From Camelus ferus (Eukaryota), in the NCBI RefSeq assembly GCF_009834535.1, contig NC_045697.1:55554001-55618000 (forward strand): DNA of 64,000 nucleotides, in the 5' to 3' direction. Shown here one piece after another: positions 13,815 to 26,800 of the stretch; position 1 is the first letter of the stretch, and each line of letters begins with the position of its first letter. Under the pieces are notes generated by a model. It did no database searches, was not told the origin of the DNA, and saw only the letters and a program-made list of their open reading frames with translations. A program made the position numbers and the translations under genes.

Positions 13815-14590
13815 CGTGGATTCTGCCTTATATGGAATAGCCCCATTCCTCCCAGGTCCTCCTCCTTATAGCTGAAACATCCTGCACAAAAACACAGCAA
13901 CCAAGCACAGAAACTCTCTCAAAGGTGGAACGAGGAAGGTGAACTACCTAGGTACCTTTAGACTTGAGGGAGGCAGAGTGGTCAGTCCTCTGGGTTCCTG
14001 CTGCCTCCCATATATTGTGGACAAGGAGCTCCAGAAATCTCCAATTAGGAATTACCAGAAGGCAGCTAAGATGTTATATTACTATGATTCCATTTATATA
14101 ACATTTTTGAAAAGATAAAACTATAGAAATGAATGACAACTTAGTGCTTTTCAAGGTAAGCAAGTGAGAAGTAGGAGGATGTAGTGGGTGACATAAGGGA
14201 TTTTTATGGTGATAGAATTATTCTTTATCTTCACTGTGCAGGTAGATACTCATACTCATGAAATAAAATTGTATGGACATAAACACATAGTTGCACTCAC
14301 ATTCAAATGGGTACAAGCAAAAACTGAAGGAATCTCATACATGTGGATTGTCCAATGTCAGTATCTTGATTGTGATATTATGCTGTAATTTTGCAAGATG
14401 ATACATTTGAAGAAGACTGGTTAAAGAGTATATAATATCTTTTTTCTTTTTTAACATTTTTGCAAATCCCTATTTTTTTTATTGAAGTATAGTTGATTTA
14501 CAGTGTTGATACTTGCAATGTAAGTATCTTTCTCATTTATTATAATTTCCTGTGAATCTACAATGATCTCAAAGTTGAAAAGTTAAGAAA
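13815..14590 (+). mobile_element. Old L1 fragments: probable 5'UTR piece followed by an L1MC/MD-type 3'UTR
   Basis: tatgattccatttatataacatttttgaaaagataaaactatagaaatg and cctgtgaatctacaatgatctcaaa are old L1M 3'UTR signatures. A short antisense L1 tail (ttttattgaagtatagttgatttaca) is inserted near 14472-14510. Confidence 0.65.
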
Positions 14591-14848
14591 TTATTTATAC
14601 ATTCTTTAGTAAAAAATATATAGATAAATTTGAATTAAAAACTATAAAGATTAATATAAATTTCTACTTTACATCTTCTTAACAGACTAACATTTCTAAC
14701 GATAGGACACATTACCTTATAAAATAGTTTATTATGTATTAAGTCTCTGAGTCACTGTTTCCTTTTTGCAGCATTATTCTACAGATCTTATTCTAATATC
14801 TAAAAATACACAAAATACTCTAAAAACTCTCCTCTAATTAACACCTTC

Positions 14849-14966
14849 TTTTTGTGTGTGTGTGGGGGGTAATTAGCTTTACCTGTTTATTTTGATGGAG
14901 GTACTGAGGATTGAACCTAGGACCTTGTGCATGCAAGGCATGCACTCTACCACCAGTATCCTCCCT
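14849..14966 (-). mobile_element. tRNA-derived SINE, camelid Vic-1-like
   Basis: Reverse complement agggaggatactggtggtagagtgcatgccttgcatgcacaaggtcctaggttcaatcctcagtacctccatcaaaataaac...ctaattacccccc: a tRNA-Ala-like head with B box GGTTCAATCC and the characteristic tail. Confidence 0.85.
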
Positions 14967-15109
14967 GCAACATCCAGTTTTTAGATAAAGATCTCCATTT
15001 ACTTCAACTTCCCTTAATAAGATATGATTTGCTGATCCTTCATTAGGCTGTTTGACCTCCTTTGACAATACTCCTATTAATTTCTATTTTTTAAAGGGTG
15101 AATTTCAAA

Positions 15110-16015
15110 ATTCAACATTATATACTGAATAACATTAACAGCAACTTAAACATTGCAGAAGTAAATATTGTGGAACCTTAATAGAAATAGAATTCATCCA
15201 ATACTAAGAAAAGATTGAAAACAAAATTTTAAAAAGTAAAAAGAATACTAATAAGCTATGGTACAATATCAAGCTATCTAATATACATATAATTAGAGTC
15301 CTGAAGTAATAGAAGGGCAGGAAAATATTTGAAGAAAAAATAATTATTTTAAAATTTGATAAGAATTATAAACTTACATATCCAATAACCCAAGCACATA
15401 TAAACCCCTCATAAGAAATTAAAAAAATAAAATTTAATCTAATTGCTCAAAACCAGTGATGATGAGAATATCCTACAACCAGAGTAAAACACATTTTACA
15501 AAGAAGGCAAAAATAAGGATAATAGCAGTTTTTTTTTTTTTTTTTTTTTGCCAGAAATGGTGTAAGATGAGAGTGGAGCAATAGTTCTCAAGTATAGAAA
15601 GAATAATGTAAATGCCTAAAAGTCTATCTCAGTAAAAATATGTTTAAAAATCATAGGTTAATAGTTTTCAGACATAAAAGCTGAAATAATTCACTACATA
15701 AGACACGTATTATAAGAAATGTTAGAGAAGTTTCTCTAGGCAGAAGGAAAATTATATCAGATGGAAATATGAATCAACACAAAATAATGCATAGCACCAG
15801 AAATGTTAATTCCTGAGTAAGTACATACAGTATATTCCTTCTTATATATATCTCTTTAAAAGACAATCATTTAACAAAAAGAGTATCAATGTAGTGTATG
15901 GCTTATAATGTATGTCCAAATAAAATATATAATGTCAATAGAAAAAAAGCTGGGAGGGAAGATGTGGAACTATATTAATGTAAGGTTTTTATATTATATA
16001 TAAGGTGGTATAAAA
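15110..16015 (+). mobile_element. Old L1 ORF1 and inter-ORF region remnant
   Basis: Degenerate ORF1 landmarks (aagctatggtacaatatcaag...taatatacatataattagagtcctgaag; aaaatatttgaagaaa); no open frame. Confidence 0.7.
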
Positions 16016-16039
16016 GAAATAGGTACCTTCCTCAACAAA

Positions 16040-16770
16040 ATGATAACAAATCAAACCCAGCAATACATTAAAAGGATCATACATGCTGATGAAGTGAAAT
16101 CTACCCCAGGGATGCAAGGAATTTTCAATAGCTGCAAATCAATATGATACACCATTAAAACCATATGATAATCTTACTAGATGAAGAAAGAACTTTTGAT
16201 AAAATTCAGAATTCACTTATGATAAAAACTGTCTAGAAAGCAGGCACTGAGGTAACATATCACAACATAATAAAGGCCATTTATAACAGACCCACAGCGA
16301 ACATCATACTCAGTGGTGAAAAGCTGAAACATTTCTTCAAAGATCACAAACAGGATTGGATGCCCACACTTGCCAATTTTATTCAACATAGTTTTGGAAG
16401 TCCTAGCCACAGCAATCAGAGAAGAAAAATAAATAAAAGGAATCCAAATTGGAAAGGAAGGAGTAAAACTATCACTGTCTGCAGATGACATGATACTATA
16501 TATAGATGCCAACAGAAAACCACTAGAGCCCATCAATGAATTTGGTAAAATTGCAGGATACAGAATTAATACACAGAAATCAGTTGCATTTGTATACACT
16601 AACAACAAAATATCAGAAAGAAAAATTAGGGAAACAAAAGCATAAAATTCCTAGGAATAAACCTACCTAAGGAGGCAAAATATCTGCATTATGAAAACTA
16701 TAAGACACTGATGAAAACAATTGAATATGAAACAAACAGATGGAAAGCTATACTGCATTCTTGTATTAGA
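16040..16770 (+). mobile_element. L1 ORF2 reverse-transcriptase fragment
   Basis: Encodes [16 protein letters not shown] and LSADDMIL (the F/YADD region); less decayed than its neighbours. Confidence 0.9.
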
Positions 16771-16829
16771 TATGATCTTTTTAATAAATATTTAATTATA
16801 TATACATATGAAAATATAATAATTAATCT

Positions 16830-18070
16830 TGCCTTACCACCTTACACTTTCCACAAAAATAAATTCCACATGGATTGTAAATCTAAGTTGGGCTTTAAAT
16901 ATATACATATATAGTTTTCATGACACTGGGAAACATGAATTTCATAAACAGGACACAAAAAGCATTAATTAAAAGAAAAGATTATTACATGGACTTCAAT
17001 ATCTGAATACAAAAAAATCTAGAAAGAGAGTAAATATGCATGTCTTAGAACAGTAGATATTTGCAATGCATTAAGCAAAGGATTCAAACACATACTATAC
17101 AAGTAATTTCTAGAAAAACCAATAAAAACTGGGCAAGATAATTAAACACTTAGAATACCCTTATGGCCAATAAACATATAAAAATATATTTAACATTTTA
17201 AACACAAGTGAGATGTAAATTAGAACTATATGAACAGCAAAAAATAGAAACAAAACAAAAAACCCAAGACAAAGAAAAACACACTAGAATCACTAACATA
17301 AAAAAGAAAATGAGTGTTAGTGAGTAGAGGGAACAAGAACTCTTCTGTTCTGCTACTGAAAGTGAAAGCTAATAATTACAGTAAAAAATGACTTGATTTT
17401 GTTTAATAAAGTTGAATACATACATACTTTTGTCCTGGAAGCCTTATTCCTAGAATTGCATAAGTATGTGTATATGTATGAATATGAATATATATAAATA
17501 TACAGCAATGATTGTATTTATGTGCATGCATACAAGTATAAATTTAAAATAGAATATATATGCACATATTTGACAAAATTCATTTACAAGACACTTCATT
17601 TCAGTGTCATTCATAATAGCCTCAAAGGGAATTCAGTCCAAATGTTAATTAATTGTAGAATGGATGAATATTTCTCATTATATTGTGCATTGAACACTAG
17701 GGAGCACTGAGAATGAAGGGACAACAAATGAAACCACAACATGTAGGAATCTAAAAATACAACATTGAAAAAGAACAGAAAAATAAATTCATTACTCTTT
17801 TTTTAAATTTGTATCAAGGTCAATAACACACAGTATTAATTTCTGGTATTAGAAGTCAGGATTGAGGATGCTCCTTTGCTTTGATCAATGCAAAGACTAG
17901 ACTGGAAGACAGCACAATCCTGGCTTCTGTGCTGCTAATAATGTTGTTACCTGACTTTGTTTACTGGTTTTGTATGAGGTTACTAATTGTGAAAATTTAT
18001 CTAAATATATTCTTATGATTTATGAACTTTCCAATTTCAATATTATATTTCAAATAAAAATTATTAAGAA
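16830..18070 (+). mobile_element. Very old L1 (L1ME-like) ORF2 end and 3'UTR
   Basis: Degenerate motifs atggccaataaacatataaaaa, cattcataatagcc...ccaaatgtt and tatatttcaaataaaaa at the 3' end. Confidence 0.65.
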
Positions 18071-18329
18071 AATAATTACAATGTATTAAACAAAGAAAAA
18101 CACTTGTAATCCCTTCTCCAAAAATGACTACCTTTAAACATTTTGCAGTAGTTTTGTATTTTCTATTATGAAATATTTTTTCAAAAAACAAAAATGGGAT
18201 CATATTATTCATTACATATCCTGAAAACTGGAGGTATCATTAAACAATACTATGAAAAATTGTCAGCATGATAATAATGGTTTTATATTATTATTAAAAC
18301 TTTCTTATTTTATAAATATTCTTTTTACT

Positions 18330-19930
18330 TTAATTTTTAAATGATAATAAGAGGGTAAAATTATCTCAAACTTTGCATATATTTGTTTTTTTTTTTCAAA
18401 TTGTTTAGGATAAATTCCTGACAATGAAATTGCTGAGTACCATATCAGTATTAGCAAATTCTCCAACAGCTGATACCAATTTGCCTATGGCCAGCAATGC
18501 AGGAAAATGGCTATTTCCCCATAACAGTTACCTTCAAACAAGTTCTGTTAATATGAAATCTAAAAATAGCATAACAATTCTATTACATTCTCACCTTATT
18601 GTGGAAAACCAATTTTATTTTGTTCATGGTAATTTTTACATACAGAAGTTTTTATTATTTGCATGGTCATATCTATAATTACTCTCTTTTGTGTTTTGTA
18701 CCATTTGTGTCATATTTAGAGACATTTAACTGCTTAACTAACACATAAATATTCAATGAATTATCCCTTGTAAGGAATTTATCATAGCCATTCTTGTTTA
18801 TATTGTTTCAAATAAACCAGAATATTTGTTTTGACTGCTCAACAAGAGTAACAACAACAAAAGAATGGATTTCAGTTACATTAAATGTATACAATAATTT
18901 GAGGAGAAATGATTTTTAATTGTGTATTTTTCCATTAGAAGCATGGAAAAAAATCACTGCATTTAGTCAAAATTTCTTTTATGTCACTGAATAAACTTTC
19001 ACAGTTTTAGTGATGTGACATTTAATAGTTTTAGGAATAAAGGTTTGAACAGCTCACATGTATTATATATTTGTTTTATATATTTGTGTAAAACATAAAT
19101 TATATATAAATTTTGTTATTTCTTCAGCGATGCTAATAGAGGTATATGAAATCTCTTATTGTTTATATATTTATGTACACTGTATATTTACATATATTTG
19201 CATTTATATATTAATTTATGTTTGTGTACATATTTACTTAAACTAATCATTTACCTGACAGGCTCAGTGTAGAATATTACCATTTCTAAGACTATTTCTA
19301 GCTATTTGCGGGTTTCCCACAATAAAAAAAAATTAATTTTTCTGATGTATAGTTTTCCATTTCTAAAAATTTATGACTAATTGTTCCATAAAATTGGAAG
19401 AGACTGAAATAAGAATGTTTGCCAGATGCCATTTAAATAGAAACAACAGTGAATTTTGATGACCAGTGATATTTTGTTTTCATTTATTTAAACCTTTTAA
19501 TAGCTTTTATTATGGGTTTCTTGAGTGTTACTAAAAAAGACTTCCTCACCCTGTTTATATGTATATTTACAAATATAGTTTTCCTATTTATTGTAAGATT
19601 TTTACATGGAATTTAAAAAATATATATGAAATATATTTTGTTACAGAAATGGAGGTAGGTTTAGGGATCATAATTTTTAATTTTAATTTATGGAAATACT
19701 CTTTTTTCCTCACTAATTTGTAATGCTCCACTATGGTGTAAGTGTGTGTATGTTTATATGTGTATGTATGTAATTATGTGTCTATAGACTCTATGGGACT
19801 TTTTATTGTCTTCCATTTATCTTTCTGGCTATTCCTATACCAGTATCACACTGTTTAATTACTGTAGATGTTCACAGTATTTAACATTTGATATTGTTTA
19901 TTTCTGTGCATTATTCTTCATTTAAAAACA
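18330..19930 (-). mobile_element. Fragmented antisense old L1 (pieces about 18330-18760 and 19500-19930)
   Basis: T-rich plus strand with antisense L1 landmarks (ggataaattcctgacaatgaaattgctgagt; ttcctataccagtatcacactgtttaattactgtag). Confidence 0.55.
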
Positions 19931-20449
19931 GGATTTTTTTTTAGCGTTGGTATTGGGAAAGTGTTAGTTGACCTTGGAATTGGGAATCTTCTGCAACAAT
20001 ATGGTGATGGCTGGCCTAAAACACATGGTTGCTTAAGGCAAAAGGGGTAGTGGTAACTGTTGCTTAAGGCAAAAGCTTAGAGAGGAATGTTTGAGACAAA
20101 CAAGCTTAACATGAAATCAACATAGGAGCAAGCTAATAATAAACAGTATGAAAATTGCTTACCTTCACCAGAATAAGATAAAACAATACTGAGCTATTGT
20201 TTTTAACCTATCAGACTGACACAATTTCAAATGGATGGTAATATATGCAACAGCCAAGAATGTAGCTTTACTATCAAAAACAGACTTAAGTCACCCACTT
20301 GCTAACTTGATCTGCTGTTTAATCAATAGTTCAACACAAGATGTGACCCTTGAGTTCAGATGTATGTAATCACAAAATAACCAGACAGTGACAGATTAAC
20401 ACAGAAGTTGTAAATGAGAGAGAAAAAAAAAAACAAGAGAAGAAACACA

Positions 20450-21600
20450 TACAAAAAATTTTGTGAATCTAAGCCTGCAAACTATTAAAAAAAACACATG
20501 AAGAAATCTAACACCAAGACAGTCAACATAACATATGAAAGTCATTTAACAGCTCTGACAAAGATTTTAAAACAGGATATAATTTAAATGTTTGATTATA
20601 TTTATGAAACATAATTAAGCATAACTATCTTTAAAAAGAACATATTATGAAACAAAAATAATCAAAAATTAAAATAAGGTATCTATAAAATTGAACTGAT
20701 AAATTTTAAAAATAGTGTAATAAAAAAACATAAATAGGAGAACAAAGAGATAAAAATAAGCTGGAAGTTAGAAAAGGGACCACACCTGTATCAGAACAGA
20801 AAGACAATGAGGAAAAAATAGGAAGCAACATTTGAAACATCAAGGATAAATCAAAAAGTCCCAATACTAATCTTACAGTTCCTAATAGAACAGAGGAATT
20901 ACTGTGAATCCATATTTACAGAGATCATTGCTGAGAAATTTAAAAAATAAGGAAAAACAGGAGAACTTAGACAATGTACTCTCCAAGTACAGGGTAAGTT
21001 AAATAAAAATAACACACACATATGTCAGTGAAATTTCAAAATAACAAAGAAATAATCTTAAAACTACCAGAGGAGAAAACAAATTTTACAAGTGAACAGT
21101 TACTGTCAGCCTTCATCAACAAAAATAGTAGAAGGGAGGACAAAATATATTACCATCAAAATGTTAAATAAATGACTGTAACCTATATTTAATATCTAGC
21201 CATGCTTTCATTTACAATTGAGCATACAAAAAATACGTTTTTATGTGTACAATAATTAGTATACAGTGTAATGGCTTCAGTAATAATAATAAACTACTAA
21301 AGAATTTATTTCAGCAAGAACAATGGTAGAAAGGGTAGGATAGAAACACTGCTCAGTGTAGAAGTTGATCCATTTTGTCAATGAATTTGATTAATTGTTG
21401 AATATAAAGTAATATTATTCTGAATTGTGTTTGGAAATGCAGAACAATGATAAAATTATTGAGATGGACAGTGTGCAAGAACTATTCTAAGGTTATGGTC
21501 TAAAAATATAAATACATTTATTAGGAAAAATGTAGTTTAATATTTATTTTTTAAAAATTAAATGTAGTAAAGGGTAATCATCTAATATATACATTTCAAA
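20450..21600 (+). mobile_element. Very old L1/HAL1 ORF1-region remnant
   Basis: A-rich, with degenerate ORF1 landmarks (agagatcattgctgagaaattt; gtgaaatttcaaaataacaaaga; aatatctagccatgctttcatt). Confidence 0.55.
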
Positions 21601-21717
21601 AAACCACAGGAAGCAACAGACTTTTTCACTTTAGTCAGATAACATGATTTGTATGATGTTAACTTTTGAGAAATTTATTGAAAATGGCTTTATGTCCTGG
21701 TAATTCCACATATATGA

Positions 21718-21777
21718 ATTTCCTTTTCTCTTCTTTCTTCTTTTCTTTCTTTCTTTCTTCTTTCTTTCTTTCTTTCT
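21718..21777. repeat. (TTTC)n-type microsatellite
   Basis: Directly visible; abuts the gap. Confidence 0.95.
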
Positions 21778-21877
21778 NNNNNNNNNNNNNNNNNNNNNNN
21801 NNNNNNNNNNNNNNNNNNNNNNNNNNNNNNNNNNNNNNNNNNNNNNNNNNNNNNNNNNNNNNNNNNNNNNNNNNNNN
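21778..21877. other. Assembly gap (100 N)
   Basis: Exactly 100 N, the usual placeholder for a gap of unknown size. Confidence 0.99.
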
Positions 21878-21911
21878 ATTCATTCATTCATTCATTCATT
21901 CATTCATTCAT
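21878..21911. repeat. (ATTC)n microsatellite
   Basis: Directly visible. Confidence 0.95.
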
Positions 21912-21940
21912 TTTTGCCTTATCATGCTTGGTATATAACA

Positions 21941-22946
21941 TACTTCCTATACCTAAAAGGGAGCAGGACCCTCTGAGCACTCCCTGATACAAATCCTTTC
22001 AGTCCCTCATTTCTCTTTTGTAGGAAATAGGCTTCCTTCAGCCTCCTTGACCTTCCCTGAGTTCCAAAGGGCAAATTCAAACAGTTGCTAATCAGGAAAG
22101 GGAGGGAATGCAGAAAGGAGGGAGGGACAGTCAAGAGACTGTAGTGCAGCCCTGGGAAGGGTCTGGTTCCTCTTGAAGCAATATACATAATAATCTCTTT
22201 AAGTTCTTCTGCAGAAACTAAGGCTCCCCAATCCCTGCCTCTTGTTTATGGCTGAGCAGATGTTCAGAGATGGTTTTCTGGGGGAACACTGGGTCCACCA
22301 GATTGGGGCATTCTGATTAAAAGCGATTTCCCTTTTTGTTACCAAGGCTATTGCCCCAGGATCATACTCCTGCCCCTCTCTCAACTAGAAACCCATTACT
22401 CTTATCTAAGTCGCAGGAGGCAGTTACAATGAGAAGAAACAAGAACTGGTTAGAACTGATAAAGTCCAAGATGGTGGAGGGTATGAGTTCCAGTGGACCT
22501 CGAGCCTCATTATACACTCATTGTAAAGCATTAGCCTGCTAAGTGACATACCCCCAGCACCATGACAGTTGGCATGACAACAGCCAGAAAAGCCCCTACA
22601 AGGACTGAAAAGCCAGTATAAGGGCTAATTGGCCTCACCACACCTGGAAGGAGGACATAATGGTAGAAGCCTCTCATAAAATTCTACATGGCTCAGCCCA
22701 GGCCAGAACTATCTCTACCTGCCACCTTGGCTGACGGCTCCCCACTCAAGCGCTTCCTTTCCTCGTTGGAGTACTTTTCTTTCCTTCTGCCTGATCAAGC
22801 ACCTTCCTTCTTTTTCCCCTTCTGAGAAATGAAGCTGCTGTTCCCTTTGACCCTTTGCCTCTGCTGAGTGAATTCTTTCACAGCTGGCAACTAGGACCCA
22901 CACTTTGGTGGGCTTCCTAATTTAGGGGTCCTTCCATCCGCTAACA
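21941..22946 (+). mobile_element. Long (about 1 kb) ERV1-class solo LTR
   Basis: GC content is clearly above the flanks. Contains gagcaggaccct near the start, aagtccaagatgg and ctgagtgaattctttcac LTR-type motifs, and ends ...ccgctaaCA. TAAC occurs at both flanks (imperfect TSD). Confidence 0.78.
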
Positions 22947-23836
22947 TAACTGTCAATTCATATATTTCAATATTTCTAGAAAATTATTAGTCATTCTCAA
23001 AAGGTTGCCTCTACTATATCCTCTTGCCTTCTGAGACTAACTGGATGTGTATTATACAGTCAGTTATTTATTTTTCGTGTCAATTTTTTTTTCAAGCTTT
23101 CCATTTTCATTTCTCTTATGCTGAATTATTTTCTGGTCTGTGTTCCAATGCACTAATTTTCTCTTCAAATTTTATTTAAACATTCAATATGTATTTCATA
23201 TGCTGTGTCACCCTAATATCTGATTTTCTGGCAGAAGTGTCTAAATCGGCTATTTTCAAGTAGAAAAAACACACTGTTTTATGATTGATGATGAGGGCAA
23301 TGCTGATGATGATTAACAGAGCACCTATTGATTAGATCTATTAGCAGGTTAGTAAGCAATGCTATGAGACTTCTGAGATTCTAACTATTCTTGAATAACT
23401 TCTAAATACTTTTTTTCCTTTGAGGTGCTTCATTGACTTCTGGGCACTGTTCTCTCTATGAAATAAGTATTTCTTTTTGTAAACGATTTTGCATCTTTTT
23501 TGTGCATTTTTGTCTTTCTTCGTATTTCATTTTAAATTGCTCTTCATTGAGCTAAAAAAAAGAACTATTTCAATTCAATATGGATAAAACAAAAACAAAG
23601 TGCAGAAGTGAGTTAACGTTAGGCTATCGACTGATTCTTTTAACTAAGAAAATCTGAAACCAAATTTAAGAACAGGACTGACACAATTATCTTTATAATC
23701 CAGGTATGTTGCACACTAGTCAATCTGATTGCCACTTTGCTCGGCACCACCTCACAAAAGCGTCACAGCTGAGATTCTGCTACGTAATTCACTTCTTCAT
23801 GTCCCAGGCTAGCCATCCACCCACGGTGGAATCTAA

Positions 23837-23839
<3 letters not shown>

Positions 23840-23887
<48 letters not shown>
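23840..23887. repeat. (AT)n microsatellite
   Basis: Perfect dinucleotide run of about 24 units. Confidence 0.97.
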
Positions 23888-23890
<3 letters not shown>

Positions 23891-26800
23891 TTTCTCTGGC
23901 AGCTGTGCATAGATTAGTGAGGTTTTAACTGAGAAGCAGTTGAACTTTCTTTGAAATATTACAGTAAAGCAACCAAAATGATACCAACTTTTCAGGTTAA
24001 TGGTAAAGTTGAGAACATGGAATATGTTACCAAACAAGAAAATGTACAAGAATATGATTTTTATACAAGAATACAATATTCCACAAGTGTGTTTTAAGTT
24101 CTTCTCAGTGTCTCCTCTTTGCCAGCTTTCCTTTAAAATTAAATCACCTCTTTCCTAACTGAAAGCTTTCTTGGAGCACTAGTATTAGAAAAAGATTACT
24201 CCGATGTCCCATGAAGTTGGGCCTCATTTCTAAGTAGCCTTAAAAATGGTTAGCTTTCTGTCATCAGTTGAATAGTATTCAGAAAGCCTTCCTTTAAATA
24301 TATTTGAAATTCCAAGAGCTTCATCTTTTGAAATTTTACTGTTAAGGGTTTATGACTTTCATATTGTTATTAAAAATAAAAACCATCAAATGAAGATAAA
24401 AGCAGTATGTGCATGAAAATCACAAAGAATTCAATAGAAAGACCACTTAACATACAACTTAGAATTGTAACTTTACACTTAAGACCTTAGTGGGACATCC
24501 TTTTTTTTTTTTTTAAATCAACTTCTTTCTTGTTTGGATGCTACCATCTTTGCTTCAGCAAGTAAAATTCCACATTACCATTTCTAATACAAAGAATTCC
24601 TAATGTTTGCCAATTTCTGGGACCTTTAGAACCTTCATTCTCATAAATTTCAGGCTAATTTATGTATTATCAAAGCAACCTGTTATTTCAATTCTTTTAT
24701 ACTAACATTTTTAAGTAAAGGGCAAAAAAAAATCTTAACATGAAAGATTCATAAGACACAGTATAATGCTACCTAGAAGTATAGCAGTGGAACTCAACAG
24801 GAGCCAATCTCAGCTCATCAGCAATACCATGAATGCAATGCTTCACTTTGTTTTATGAGTACCGAGAGCCAGATGCTATAAAATTGCTGTGAGGGATTAC
24901 CTACTAGGGACCCATGTAGACCATGCCAGGAGCAACACAGAGGTCTTTTCATACTATTATCCTTATAATAAGAATTCCACACAGCAGAGTTTGGAAATAC
25001 AGGAAGTACTTTTTATATTATGTCCTAAGGAAGCATTTGCCCCAAATTCTAATACTCTGTCTACCACACCATTCCCTAGAAATCTCATTCAGTATTGCCA
25101 CACATGTTTGCAATAATAGTTGTGCTGGCCAATTTCTCAACACCAAAAGCACAAATATCTATGTTGGCGAAGCAGGTAGCAACTATCCACGTGTGTGGGT
25201 GCTTGATTCCCAGCAGTTTACCTCACTTATGAATAGGACCAACAGCCAAGAATCCTAGCTTGCAAGTTCTCTCACCTCATTTGGAAACATTTATTTCATT
25301 TTAAAAGTCCCTCCAGTGTGCAGAAAAAGAAATCATAGTGAATTTTTAAGTAAGAACATGGTGCATGCTGCCACTTCCTTGGAGCAACCACACTCCTTAT
25401 TTTGCTCTTTTTCTTCATTTTTTTCAGAGTTGAAGCTGAGCTGCTCAGTTGATAGGAGTTTGCCATTTACATAAAAACAAACACTAGACTTCAATATAAA
25501 CAGACACCTTGGAAAGCTGTTTAACAGATATCAATAAGATTCTTTTTTTGTATTTTTTCAAATACTGGGGATCATCTCATGAAACCAAATATGAAATACA
25601 TACTCATATTTTTGGTTTAGAACCAGTGTCACGAATATCTTGCAGTGAACACTATGATTTTTGTGTCTGTTTTACTCCGGTGCAATGAAACAAAAAACCC
25701 TCCCTTTATTTTTTGATTTTATAATTTCTATTTGGCTCTATCACGCTCTAATTTTGCGTTGATGTGAAATAGAGAGCCACTTTTCACATTTAAAAGTACT
25801 TTAACTGTGATCAAGTAGTTTTCACTAAAATAAACAACCTTTTAAATAATGTTAGTTTCCTTTGATTACTACTATTCTAAACAATTTACCATAACACAAG
25901 CTGACTTCAAAATCTACTTCTGAACTCATTTTTTAAGAATGAACAATAATAGGTCCTAAACAATAGAACTGTAAGAAATTAAAGGTTTTACTGAAAGAGT
26001 TATTTAGATGAGAAAATTATAGCTTCATATTAGCACATCTGCACCTTGACAATCAAATGCATGAGTGCATTATAATTTCAATGAATTATGCAAAATGCTA
26101 ATTAAAAAGTCGAATTTACTAATCATCTCTCAGGGTCATAACTGGAATTGAATTTGAGTAAGGACAAACAATTTCATGAAGTGCATTTTCATCATGTAGT
26201 TTTTAAAGCTGTTTAGAAATGCATACCAGAAAAACAATCCTTGTTTTTAGATGCTAATTGATTTCATTGTGTTCAACGTATCAGAAATTATTGATCACTC
26301 CTTCATAAATTATGGCTACATACTATAGCTGTGAATTTCATAAAATGGTGGTTATAAATATACACAATTATAATAAATGTAAGCTCTGTGTTTTAAATTA
26401 AAAACTGATTAAGCAGTGGAAACTTCTCATATAGTTTTCTACATCCAATATTTAACTTTCAAGCATAAAGCATATGAAATGTTTTTTATAAATTTCCTAT
26501 TTATGATATTTTCAATCCTTAGCTCTTTTAAAAATATTTCAAAAAATTATTCATTATATTTACCTCTATGCATTGTTTGGAGCATTTGAGTACTTTAGAA
26601 CATGGTACTATAGTTACTGAGATAAATAGCTATATTTATGGCAGACAGACAGATGATGCTGGTGATATAGGTAGATTAGATAGAAAAAAATTATAATATT
26701 TCACAATTGCATTTTGAAAATAATGTATACTTCTTTAATGTCTCTTCCAAACTTTAATTCAATATTTAGTGCTAAATATTCTGCTTCCATGCAATTCCTC

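Noticed and set aside
14893..14966. Possible tRNA-Ala gene
   Set aside because: The 5' arm is damaged and it carries a SINE tail, so it is a SINE head and not a tRNA gene.
21659..21938. ORFs spanning the N run
   Set aside because: Artefacts of the gap and the flanking microsatellites.
25393..25480. Strong-looking plus-strand splice acceptor (long pyrimidine tract, CAG at 25425-25427)
   Set aside because: All three frames stop within about 50 nt, and I see no nearby donor or recognisable peptide.
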